A stretch of DNA of 29,496 nt from a bacterium. Lineage in GTDB: Bacteria > Zhuqueibacterota > Zhuqueibacteria > Oceanimicrobiales > Oceanimicrobiaceae. The stretch spans positions 1-29,496 of the forward strand of contig JBHHYI010000034.1 of assembly GCA_046757525.1 (NCBI GenBank), written 5' to 3'. Below are positions 1 through 7,648 of the stretch, in pieces. Below the pieces are notes generated by a model, which had not been told where the DNA came from, did not search any database, and was given only the letters and a program-made list of their open reading frames with translations. Position 1 is the stretch's first letter. The number at the start of each line of letters is the position of its first letter. A program made the translations under genes and the position numbers.

Positions 1-128
1 GGCCGCAAAACCTTGACGAGCACCACACGATCCAGGGCCGGTTGGTAACCTTTGTAAACGGAGGCGGTAGCGCCCTGGTAAATCTCGGCGAATATTTGAA
101 TCGCACCTAATTGTTTTAAAGTTGCCAT
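1..128 (-). CDS. N-terminus of a Hanks-type Ser/Thr protein kinase (partial, runs off the left edge)
   Basis: Manual translation from ATG at 126-128 gives MATLKQLGAIQIFAEIYQGATASVYKGYQPALDRVVLVKVLR, which fits kinase subdomains I-II (VYK...LDRxVxVK). It overlaps the end of the upstream regulator by 13 nt. Not in the ORF track. Confidence 0.75.
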   Translation of the reverse strand, partial: MATLKQLGAIQIFAEIYQGATASVYKGYQPALDRVVLVKVLR

Positions 129-1612
129 TCTTTAATTTTGTAGTGCAGCCACCTTCTGGAGACTCCGAGAATGCGTGCAGACTCTGAGATGTTCCCGTTG
201 TTTTCCTCCAGAGTTTGAGAAACCAGGCGCTTTTCAAAATCCGCCAAGGTATGACCAGATTCGAACAGCTCCGCCTCTTCGTGCTCAGGAAGCTGCAAGT
301 CCTCCGGCATAATCATGTCGCTCTTGCTCATAACCACCGCGCGCTCAATAGTATTCTCCAACTCACGTACATTGCCGGGCCATGGAAAAGCCTTGAGCAG
401 GTCCATGGCCTGCTTGTCGATCCCCTTAATATGTGGGCTTCTCTTGCTGGCATATTTGTCTAAAAAGTGGTGAGCTAAGAGGGGAATGTCGGACTTCCGC
501 TGCCGCAGTGGCGGCATTTTGATGCTTATGGTGTTGAGGCGATAGTACAGGTCTTCTCGAAAGCTGCCTTCTTTGACCAGGTCCTTGAGTACCTTGTTGG
601 TGGCAGAGAGGATGCGAACATCCACCTTGCGGATGTGATTCTCACCCACGCGTTTGATCTCGCCTTCTTGCAGCACGCGCAGCAACTTGGTTTGAATGTT
701 TGGACTCAACTCACTAATCTCATCGAGAAAGAATGTGCCCTCGTGGGCGGTTTCAAACAAGCCCTTTTTGTCGGTGACCGCGCCGGTAAAGGCCCCTTTT
801 TTGTGACCAAACAACTCGCTCTCCAGCAGGCTGTCCGGCAAGGAACCGCAAAAAATGGCCATGAACGGCTTGTCTTTGCGATGACCGTTGTAGTGAATCG
901 CCCGGGCCACCAATTCCTTACCCGTGCCGCTTTCGCCTTCGATGAGCACGGAAGCATCGGAGTCCAGCACACGCGTCATGACATCAAAAACCTCGCGCAT
1001 CTTGCGGCTCTGCCCGATGATCTCGTTAAAGCCGTGCAGCCGTTTAACTTCCGACCTCAAACGCCGATTCTCATCGCGTAAAGTTTGGTAGAGCTGTGCG
1101 TTCTCGATGGCAATAGCCGATTGGTTTGCAAACGCATTCAAAAACGGTAAACTTTCCGGGGTAAACCGGCTGCGCTTGGTCAGACTATCCAGATAAATGG
1201 CGCCAATCTGGCGATTCTTGATGGTAAGCGGCACACAGGCGATGGATTGAATTTTCTGTAAAACGATACTTTCTGCCTTGCGGTAGATGGGATCTTTTTG
1301 CGCTTCATACAGCAACAACGGTTTGCCGTCGGATAGGACCTGGTGCACCACACTGGTGGAAATGCGGGTCATATCGTTTAATTGCTGGTCAGAAAAGTTG
1401 TGGTGGCTCTTGATCTCAAATCCCTGTGGGGTGGCAGTCGACTTTAGCAGCACAAATCCTCTTTCGGCCCCCAGGGTTTCAACAGCGATGTCCAAGATTT
1501 TTGCCAAAAGGGGATCGATTTCTTGAATGCTATTGATGACCTGAGCAATCTCCGAAAGAGCTGCTAAAGAATCTCGTGGAAGCTTCTCTTTTCCCTGCAC
1601 CATGGTTCCCAT
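116..1612 (-). CDS. GAF-domain sigma54-dependent transcriptional activator (GAF-AAA+-Fis HTH)
   Basis: N-terminal GAF (SIACVPL, IGAIYLDS, AIAIENAQLY), Walker A GESGTGKE, ESELFGHKKGAFTGA, Walker B FFLDEI, FREDLYYRLN, WPGNVRELEN and a C-terminal HTH. Confidence 0.95.
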   Translation of the reverse strand: MGTMVQGKEKLPRDSLAALSEIAQVINSIQEIDPLLAKILDIAVETLGAERGFVLLKSTATPQGFEIKSHHNFSDQQLNDMTRISTSVVHQVLSDGKPLLLYEAQKDPIYRKAESIVLQKIQSIACVPLTIKNRQIGAIYLDSLTKRSRFTPESLPFLNAFANQSAIAIENAQLYQTLRDENRRLRSEVKRLHGFNEIIGQSRKMREVFDVMTRVLDSDASVLIEGESGTGKELVARAIHYNGHRKDKPFMAIFCGSLPDSLLESELFGHKKGAFTGAVTDKKGLFETAHEGTFFLDEISELSPNIQTKLLRVLQEGEIKRVGENHIRKVDVRILSATNKVLKDLVKEGSFREDLYYRLNTISIKMPPLRQRKSDIPLLAHHFLDKYASKRSPHIKGIDKQAMDLLKAFPWPGNVRELENTIERAVVMSKSDMIMPEDLQLPEHEEAELFESGHTLADFEKRLVSQTLEENNGNISESARILGVSRRWLHYKIKEWQL

Positions 1613-2608
1613 TTAATCGATGTTGAACGACGCTTCTTTGGCACGACTCCAGTTTCCAAACTCATCAATGGCCGCAATAGTCCAAAAATAATTGCCTGAA
1701 ACCAGCGAGTCGGGAACGGTCACCGAAGTTATCGCCGGATCGATGTCGGACAAGGCCCAGACGAGCGTGTTGATGTTGAAATCGATCCGCACCACCTCCA
1801 CGCTAAACGTGTAAGCGAAAGGCAGGGTCATCGGTTTCCATTTCAGTTCTGGCCGCGACGACTGCAAGGTCACGCCAATAGGTGAATCGAATTCAGGTAC
1901 TTTGTCCACCACTCTCGCAAGAAACTTCGGCTGTGAAACATTGGTAAAGCCGGCATTGTCATGGGCTTTCAAAACGATCTTTCGGCCTAAAACGGCGTGC
2001 AGATTGCCCCCGGACAGCTTTGATTCTCTAATCTGTGCCTTGAAGATGCCTGGCGTCTGCGTGGCGGTAAGGGTGTCCACGAAGGCCATTTCCGCAATCT
2101 CAACCTGAACCAATTGAACATCGTTGAGGCCGTCGGGGTCGTCGATCTGTGCGGTGATCTCCAGGAGAAACAAATCGGTTTGCGGCCACCACCGGTTGAA
2201 GTGACAGGAAATGACTGAGAAGTCGTTAAACGCCGGCAGTCCGTCCAGATTCAACTGCACAGTAGCCGTCTGCCCGACTTGAACGTCTAAAGACTCTGGC
2301 TGAGCCTGGTAGCCATCTTTTTGCGCCGTAACGGCATATTTGCCCGCGGGAACCCTGTCGAACCGAAATTGCCCCTGGCCGTTGCTCTTGCTGACAAATG
2401 CGCCCGGTTCCATGTGGACTTCCACCTCTCCAAGCGCTTTGAAGGGGGTAAAAAAGGTCAAAGTTGTGCCGGAAACGCTGCCTACATTCTCGAATTTACC
2501 GGAATTCGGATCCAGAGGATTGTCTCTGCCTGGACTGTCCAGGCAGCCCACCTGCAAGAACCATCCCCCGCACAAAAGCGCAGTCACCGCAACAAACGTA
2601 GTTTTCAT
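1613..2608 (-). CDS. Secreted or lipoprotein with a carboxypeptidase-regulatory-like and Ig-like domains
   Basis: Start moved to ATG 2608 (MKTTFVAV), preceded by GAGGTG. Signal peptide ends LQVGC, followed by RDNPLDP. GQFRFDRVPAGKYAVTAQKDGY is a CarboxypepD_reg-like motif. C-terminal YFWTIAAIDEFGNWS is FN3-like. Confidence 0.75.
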   Translation of the reverse strand: MKTTFVAVTALLCGGWFLQVGCLDSPGRDNPLDPNSGKFENVGSVSGTTLTFFTPFKALGEVEVHMEPGAFVSKSNGQGQFRFDRVPAGKYAVTAQKDGYQAQPESLDVQVGQTATVQLNLDGLPAFNDFSVISCHFNRWWPQTDLFLLEITAQIDDPDGLNDVQLVQVEIAEMAFVDTLTATQTPGIFKAQIRESKLSGGNLHAVLGRKIVLKAHDNAGFTNVSQPKFLARVVDKVPEFDSPIGVTLQSSRPELKWKPMTLPFAYTFSVEVVRIDFNINTLVWALSDIDPAITSVTVPDSLVSGNYFWTIAAIDEFGNWSRAKEASFNID

Positions 2609-2636
2609 AGGGACACCTCGAAATTGCTTATTATTT

Positions 2637-2665
2637 ATATTAAGACATAAAAGGATAAAATGCAA
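2637..2665 (-). promoter_or_regulatory. Putative sigma70 promoter for the lipoprotein-regulator-kinase operon
   Basis: Minus strand reads TTGCAT-N17-TAATAT in an AT-rich stretch about 30 nt upstream of ATG 2608. Confidence 0.5.
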
Positions 2666-2666
2666 T

Positions 2667-2698
2667 AAAAAAAGCCGTCGGTTGAAACCAACGGCTTT
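2667..2698 (-). terminator. Rho-independent terminator after the 38-aa ORF
   Basis: Minus strand AAAGCCGTTGGT-TTCA-ACCGACGGC followed by 7 T. Confidence 0.85.
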
Positions 2699-2766
2699 CC
2701 ATTTCCATGAGCAAGCAGCCAACGGGCTGACCGACTCCGGCCTACCCCAGGGCTCGACTCTCGATC

Positions 2767-2883
2767 CTACAGAAGCAACCCTAACAGAATAACGATCAAG
2801 AACAGGGCGCCAAAAATAAAAAGAGCCCAGCCGCCACTCACGGACTTCTGTTCCTGCTTGCTCTGGATTTCGTGTTTCGCCAT
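2767..2883 (-). CDS. Unannotated 38-aa single-pass membrane peptide
   Basis: MAKHEIQSKQEQKSVSGGWALFIFGALFLIVILLGLLL*. Strong SD AAGGAGG 5 nt before ATG, about 20 hydrophobic C-terminal residues, and a terminator downstream. Confidence 0.7.
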   Translation of the reverse strand: MAKHEIQSKQEQKSVSGGWALFIFGALFLIVILLGLLL

Positions 2884-3090
2884 TTTGTCCTCCTTAATGT
2901 TGTTTATAAAAACCATTCTGGCTCATTTCTAGAGCACTCCAATATTTTTGCCCCGGATTCCCTGCACTCTCTTAAGTAACCCAAACATCTCGTTTGCGAG
3001 GGCGTTTCTTTTCATGTAAAAGCACGCAAAGCATGTACAGCGCTTTTAGGAAACGCCACGCTCTCGCCGTCCTTTATTACCGCCTTCAAG

Positions 3091-3161
3091 TGTCATTCAG
3101 GAGGAATCCTGTCTGCTGGCTGCACAGTGCTGACCTGTAACAAGGTGCCTCCTGCATGACA
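3091..3161. repeat. GTCAT-type palindromic (REP/MITE-like) element, copy 1
   Basis: TGTCATTCAGGAGG (3091-3104) is the inverted complement of CCTCCTGCATGACA (3148-3161) at 13/14. The first 18 nt match 6960-6977 at 17/18. Confidence 0.6.
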
Positions 3162-3237
3162 GGGCTGCCTTTGGCGTTTCCGATATTTAAAGCAACATTT
3201 TTTTGTTGCGATACCTTGAAGAAAGGCTCACACCAAC

Positions 3238-3285
3238 AAAAAAAGCCAGCACCCATCCCGTTGTCAGGGATGATTGTGCTGGCTT
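3238..3285 (-). terminator. Rho-independent terminator (end of the gatA-gatB-DUF2294 transcript, or an attenuator)
   Basis: Minus strand AAGCCAGCAC-AAT-CATCCC-TGACAAC-GGGATG-G-GTGCTGGC followed by 7 T. Confidence 0.85.
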
Positions 3286-3358
3286 ACGAATTAGCTCGCT
3301 TTCTCCATTTTGGAGTTGCGCTCTATCTCATCCGCCAGGAGGGCAATGTCACACTTTA
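3238..3358 (-). ncRNA. Putative structured cis-regulatory RNA or attenuator (family not recognised)
   Basis: Two hairpins (3329-3348 and 3288-3329, the second with purine-rich internal loops) abut the terminator. Upstream CUGGC and GGAUGA are complementary to the terminator 5' arm. Confidence 0.5.
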
Positions 3359-3403
3359 GTTGATTAAACGATTTCTTTTGAGATCGGTTTCCTGCTTCAA
3401 CGA

Positions 3404-3787
3404 TTAAAGTCGATTTCTCAGTTCGCTTTCCAGATCCCGGTCTAATCCGAGGACGAAGACTCTTTCGCCTGTACGGGTGCTAATATCCGTGTGCACAGTC
3501 GTTACATTTGCCCCGGTCTTCTCTTGAATAATCTGTACCAGCAACGGTCGCGAGCTTTCGATGAGCCGCAGTCGCATCTGCTTGATCAGTTGGGCGCCGT
3601 CGTGGTCGACCGCCAACTTGCGTTCGGCTGGGGTCAATACTCCCTTGAGTCTGATCAAGACCATGTCGCTGATGATGAACGTTCGGGCCTCCTGTGGCCC
3701 TCGCCCCAGGTGGTCTTTCTCAAACTGGGTAATGGCCACGCTGATTTCCGATTCAAGCTGGCCCTTGGTTTTGTTAGTCACCGCCAT
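3404..3787 (-). CDS. DUF2294 / MpsC-family protein
   Basis: TKGQLESEIS...FEKDHLGRGP...DMVLIRLKGVLTPAERKL...HTDISTRTGERVFV are recognisable DUF2294 motifs. Overlaps the gatB end by 14 nt. Confidence 0.85.
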   Translation of the reverse strand: MAVTNKTKGQLESEISVAITQFEKDHLGRGPQEARTFIISDMVLIRLKGVLTPAERKLAVDHDGAQLIKQMRLRLIESSRPLLVQIIQEKTGANVTTVHTDISTRTGERVFVLGLDRDLESELRNRL

Positions 3788-5231
3788 TTTGCAGTTGTTT
3801 CAGCTCCCTTTGCAAGATTTCATGCACCACTTTGGGATTGGCCTTGCCGCGCGTGGCCTTCATGACCTGGCCGACAAAGAATCCCAGGAGATGTTCCTTG
3901 CCCCCCAAATATTTGGCCACCTCTTCTGAATGCCGTTCAAGCACGGCCCGCACGTGCTTTTCGATGTCCGCCGAATCGGAGATTTGCACCAGTCCCTTTT
4001 CTTGTACGATCTTGCGCGGAGGTTGGCCGGTCTGCACCATGTGACCGAAAACGGCCTTGGCGATTTTGCCACTGATGGTACCGTCATGGATCAGCTTGAT
4101 TAAATCGGCCAGGTCCACGGGCGCCACCGAGAAGTCTCGGACGGACTGGTTGTTTTCTTTCAAGGCCCGCAGGACTTCACCCATGACCCAATTGCTGGCA
4201 GCTTTGGCGTCACCGGAACTTCTGGCCACGGCTTCGAAGTACTCAGCCAGCGCTTTGTCATCGGTGAGAACGTCGGCGTCGTACGCAGGAATGGCGTATT
4301 CCTTGACCAGCCGCTTTTTTAACGCCAGAGGCAGTTCTGGCAGCGACGCTTTGATTTGCTCGATCCAGGCAGGGGTCATGGCCAGCGGCACCAGATCTGG
4401 CTCCGGAAAGTAGCGGTAATCATGGGCGAATTCCTTGCTGCGCATGGGCAGCGCCTCGTTCCTGTCGGCGTCCCACAAAAGGGTTTGCTGGGTAACCTGG
4501 CCACCGCTCTCCAACAGCGCGATCTGGCGCTCGAGTTCAAACTCCAGAGCCTTCTCCACGCCGCGAAAGGAATTCATGTTTTTGAGCTCGGTTTTCACGC
4601 CAAGCGCTACTGTGCCAACCGGTCGCACAGAGACATTGGCATCGCAGCGTAAGCTGCCTTCTTCCATATTGCCGTCACAAATCTCCAGGTACTGCACGAT
4701 CTGCCGAATCCGGGTCAGGTAAAGGTAGGCCTCCCTTGGCGACTGTATTTGCGGCTCGCTGACGATTTCGATGAGGGGAACGCCACAACGATTCACGTCG
4801 ATCAGGGTCTCGTCGCCTTCCACGTACGCCTCCGCATGCACCGACTTGCCGGCATCTTCTTCCAGATGAATGCGAATGATGCCAATGCGCTTTAGTTGCC
4901 CGTCCAGTTCGATCTCAACGTAGCCCTGTTCACAAAGAGGCTCTTCGTACTGGGTGATCTGGTAGCCCTTGGGCAGGTCCGGGTAAAAATAATTCTTGCG
5001 GGCAAAAATGGATTGCGAGGCAATGCGACAGTGGGTCGCCAGGCCCATGCGTACCGTGAAATCCACAGCTTGCTTGTTCAGCACGGGCAGCACCCCTGGC
5101 AAGCCCAGACAAATGGGACACACCTGGGAATTCTGCGCACCACCAAACCTGGTGCTGCAGCGGCAAAAAACCTTGGACACCGTCAGCAGTTGCGCGTGGA
5201 CTTCCAGACCGATGATCGGTTCGTATTTCAT
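3774..5231 (-). CDS. gatB: Asp/Glu-tRNA amidotransferase subunit B
   Basis: Likely start is ATG 5231 (MKYEPIIGLEVHAQL). Motifs RKNYFYPDLPKGYQI, HLEEDAGK, YRYFPEPDL and GFFVGQVMK. Confidence 0.97.
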   Translation of the reverse strand: MKYEPIIGLEVHAQLLTVSKVFCRCSTRFGGAQNSQVCPICLGLPGVLPVLNKQAVDFTVRMGLATHCRIASQSIFARKNYFYPDLPKGYQITQYEEPLCEQGYVEIELDGQLKRIGIIRIHLEEDAGKSVHAEAYVEGDETLIDVNRCGVPLIEIVSEPQIQSPREAYLYLTRIRQIVQYLEICDGNMEEGSLRCDANVSVRPVGTVALGVKTELKNMNSFRGVEKALEFELERQIALLESGGQVTQQTLLWDADRNEALPMRSKEFAHDYRYFPEPDLVPLAMTPAWIEQIKASLPELPLALKKRLVKEYAIPAYDADVLTDDKALAEYFEAVARSSGDAKAASNWVMGEVLRALKENNQSVRDFSVAPVDLADLIKLIHDGTISGKIAKAVFGHMVQTGQPPRKIVQEKGLVQISDSADIEKHVRAVLERHSEEVAKYLGGKEHLLGFFVGQVMKATRGKANPKVVHEILQRELKQLQNGGD

Positions 5232-5232
5232 C

Positions 5233-6669
5233 TCAGTTAGCTTGAATATTCCGTTCGATGAAATCCCCAACCCGCAACACCATTTCCTCATCAAACTGTT
5301 TGCCGGTGACCTGCACGCCAATCGGCAGATTCTTTGAATCGAGACCACAGGGCACCGAAAGGGCTGGCAAACCGGCTAAATTGGCGGAAACCGTGTAGAT
5401 GTCGGACAAATACATGGCCAGAGGGTCGTCGATCTTTTCACCGATTTTGAAGGCGGTGGTTGGCGCTGTCGGGGACAAAAGGCAGTCGCAGTTCTGAAAG
5501 GCCTGGCCAAAATCCTGCTTAATCAAAGTACGCACCTTCTGCCCTTTGCGATAATAGGCGTCGTAGTAGCCTGCTGAGAGCACGTAGGTGCCCAGCATGA
5601 TCCGGCGCTTCACCTCCTCGCCAAACCCCTGGCTGCGGCTGTTGACGTACATTTCTTCCAGACTCCTGGCCTCCGGTGCACGAAATCCGTAACGGGCGCC
5701 GTCGTACCTGGCCAGATTGGAGGAAGCCTCGGCCGTGGTGAGAACGTAGTAGGTAGCGATGGCGTAGTCGGTGTGTGGCAACGAGATGTCCACGAGCTGC
5801 GCCCCGCCCTGCTTGAGGCACTCGACGGCGCTCTCTACGCCCTTGCGGACCTCTTCATCCAGTCCTTCAGCAAAATATTCTCTGGGTAAGCCGATCCTCA
5901 AACCTGCCACATCCCGGCCGACGGCCTCAGAAAAGGCCGGCACCGGTTGGGCCGCTGAAGTCGAATCGCGTGCGTCGGGACCGGCGATGACCTCTAAAAT
6001 CAGGGCCGCATCTGCCACGGTCTTTGCGATTGGCCCGATCTGGTCAAACGAGGAAGCAAAAGCGACCAGGCCAAACCTTGAAACGCGGCCGTAAGTCGGC
6101 TTCATTCCCACCACACCACAAAACGAGGCCGGTTGACGAATGGAACCACCGGTGTCGCTTCCCAGGGCAGCCATGGTCAAATCGGCAGCCACGGCCACAC
6201 ACGAACCGCCGGAGGACCCACCGGGCACCCGCTCCGGATCGTGCGGATTTTTTACGGCGCCGAAGTAGGAGTTCTCGTTTGAGCTGCCCATGGCAAACTC
6301 GTCCATGTTGGTCTTGCCGATGATGATGGCATCTTCGGCCCGCAGGCGTTCAATGACGGTAGCGCTGTACGGAGCAACAAAGTTTTCCAGGATGCGCGAA
6401 GCACAGGTTACCCGCTGCCCTTTGATGACCAGGTTGTCTTTTGCAGCCACCACGAGTCCGGCCAACTTGCCCGACCGACCGGACTGAATCTTCAGGTCGA
6501 TTTCCTCGGCTTCTTTTTGGGCCGCTTCCCCAAAAAAAGAAATGAAGGCGTTGAGAGGAGCGCCTTCATTTGCTTGTTTCAGATAATGCTCGACAATGCT
6601 TTTACAGGTCCATTCGCCCTGCGTCAGACCTTCTCGCACCGTGTCGAAACTCAGGGTGTCAATTCTCAA
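5233..6669 (-). CDS. gatA: Asp/Glu-tRNA amidotransferase subunit A
   Basis: Amidase signature GKTNMDEFAMGSS, PGGSSGGS, GSDTGGSIRQPA and EVKRRIMLGTYVLSAGYYDAYY. Confidence 0.97.
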   Translation of the reverse strand: MRIDTLSFDTVREGLTQGEWTCKSIVEHYLKQANEGAPLNAFISFFGEAAQKEAEEIDLKIQSGRSGKLAGLVVAAKDNLVIKGQRVTCASRILENFVAPYSATVIERLRAEDAIIIGKTNMDEFAMGSSNENSYFGAVKNPHDPERVPGGSSGGSCVAVAADLTMAALGSDTGGSIRQPASFCGVVGMKPTYGRVSRFGLVAFASSFDQIGPIAKTVADAALILEVIAGPDARDSTSAAQPVPAFSEAVGRDVAGLRIGLPREYFAEGLDEEVRKGVESAVECLKQGGAQLVDISLPHTDYAIATYYVLTTAEASSNLARYDGARYGFRAPEARSLEEMYVNSRSQGFGEEVKRRIMLGTYVLSAGYYDAYYRKGQKVRTLIKQDFGQAFQNCDCLLSPTAPTTAFKIGEKIDDPLAMYLSDIYTVSANLAGLPALSVPCGLDSKNLPIGVQVTGKQFDEEMVLRVGDFIERNIQAN

Positions 6670-6692
6670 AATCCCCGTCCTGTCCGTTCTTG

Positions 6693-6878
6693 CTAATCCT
6701 TTTTTTCAGCGGACTCGATCTTTGAATTCTTTTCTTCTAATTCGGGTTCTTTGGTTGCGTCTTTGAATTCTCTCAAACCCTTACCCAATCCTCTGGCTAA
6801 TTCCGGCAACTTCTTGGCCCCGAACAGCAAAAGAATCACTAAAAAAATCAGGATAATTTCTGGCATGCCAAATGACAT
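6693..6878 (-). CDS. tatA: TatA/E family twin-arginine translocase subunit
   Basis: [43 protein letters not shown]. Confidence 0.92.
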   Translation of the reverse strand: MSFGMPEIILIFLVILLLFGAKKLPELARGLGKGLREFKDATKEPELEEKNSKIESAEKKD

Positions 6879-6958
6879 TTCAATTCTCCTAAATATTCGT
6901 ATTTAATTGTCTGCCAACGTTTCTCACTTTACCTGCGGTCAAAAAGAGCCTGCCGCAA

Positions 6959-7050
6959 CTGTCATTCAGTAGGAATCTTTTTGATTTTCAGCAAAGACGC
7001 TGCTTCGACACTCTTTTCTTAGAATTAAAAAGATTCTTCCAGAATGACAG
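6959..7050. repeat. GTCAT-type palindromic (REP/MITE-like) element, copy 2
   Basis: Outer arms CTGTCATTC / GAATGACAG. Inner 18-bp arms at 6971-6988 and 7021-7038 have three G-T pairs. Confidence 0.65.
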
Positions 7051-7061
7051 ATAAGGTCTTG

Positions 7062-7090
7062 TTTATATGATAGTTTTATCCTCTTGTCGA
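7062..7090 (-). promoter_or_regulatory. Possible sigma70 promoter for tatA-gatA-gatB-DUF2294
   Basis: Minus strand TCGACA-N17-TATAAA. Confidence 0.3.
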
Positions 7091-7101
7091 AGTGAGAAAT
7101 G

Positions 7102-7317
7102 CTATTTGTCTATTCTATGAATGTTGTTCAAATCATTCTTGACCTCTTTCTCGATGTCGCTCATGTCGAGATCATCTCTCAAATCGCTGGTGGCCTTTTT
7201 GAATTCTCGGATGCCCTTGCCCAGCCCTCGCGCCAGTTCTGGCAATCGCTTGGAGCCAAAGAGCAGCAAGATCACCAAAAAGATCAGAATGAGTTCCGGC
7301 ATTCCTATTGAGCCCAT
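7102..7317 (-). CDS. tatA: TatA/B family subunit (second paralog)
   Basis: Start ATG 7317 after [47 protein letters not shown]. Confidence 0.9.
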   Translation of the reverse strand: MGSIGMPELILIFLVILLLFGSKRLPELARGLGKGIREFKKATSDLRDDLDMSDIEKEVKNDLNNIHRIDK

Positions 7318-7365
7318 GGAAAACACCTCCTTCAAAGGCAAAGATTAAGATAAAAAGAAAGCAAC

Positions 7366-7626
7366 TCAATACCAACGCAGCAAATAAACGGCTACCCCAA
7401 TCCCAAATAATCCAACAATATTCAACTTTATGGTGAAGCCAAGCGTCAGAGAGAACAATCGCACATCCAGGGTGGCTGGCCCCACACCAAATGCAGCCGA
7501 TTTCAAAAAAAACTCCTTCACCACGCCGACTGGCAGCAGCAGCGCCAGCAGCTCTCCAAACAACGTACCGAGCATCGCCCCCAAAATAACCACCAAAACA
7601 ATATGCCCAAATGGTTTTCGCGCCAT
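7366..7626 (-). CDS. DUF4321-like small membrane protein
   Basis: VILGAMLGTLFGELL...TLDVRLFSLTLGFTIKLNIVGLFGI fits the DUF4321 pattern. Confidence 0.75.
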   Translation of the reverse strand: MARKPFGHIVLVVILGAMLGTLFGELLALLLPVGVVKEFFLKSAAFGVGPATLDVRLFSLTLGFTIKLNIVGLFGIGVAVYLLRWY

Positions 7627-7648
7627 CCGGCTTTCCCCTTTCTGTTAA

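Noticed and set aside
2609..2722. N-terminal extensions in the ORF track (also gatB to 5348, pyrD to 23270, Gx to 27075, TPR to 26189)
   Set aside because: They cross terminators or promoters or overlap neighbouring genes. Downstream starts fit the SD positions and family N-termini better.
3049..3181. Rod structure as SRP (4.5S) or 6S RNA
   Set aside because: It lacks the SRP CAGG-GNRA-AGCA domain IV and is too short for 6S. The core is better explained by the repeat shared with 6959-7050.
3156..3359. 67-aa plus-strand ORF and several short minus-strand ORFs in 2900-3200
   Set aside because: They run through the terminator and repeat structures, have no family resemblance and mostly lack a usable SD.
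6929..6940. TTACCTGCGGTC resembling TTACCCTGCGGTC near 26247 as a shared motif
   Set aside because: Only about 12 nt with an indel and no shared flanks; compatible with chance.
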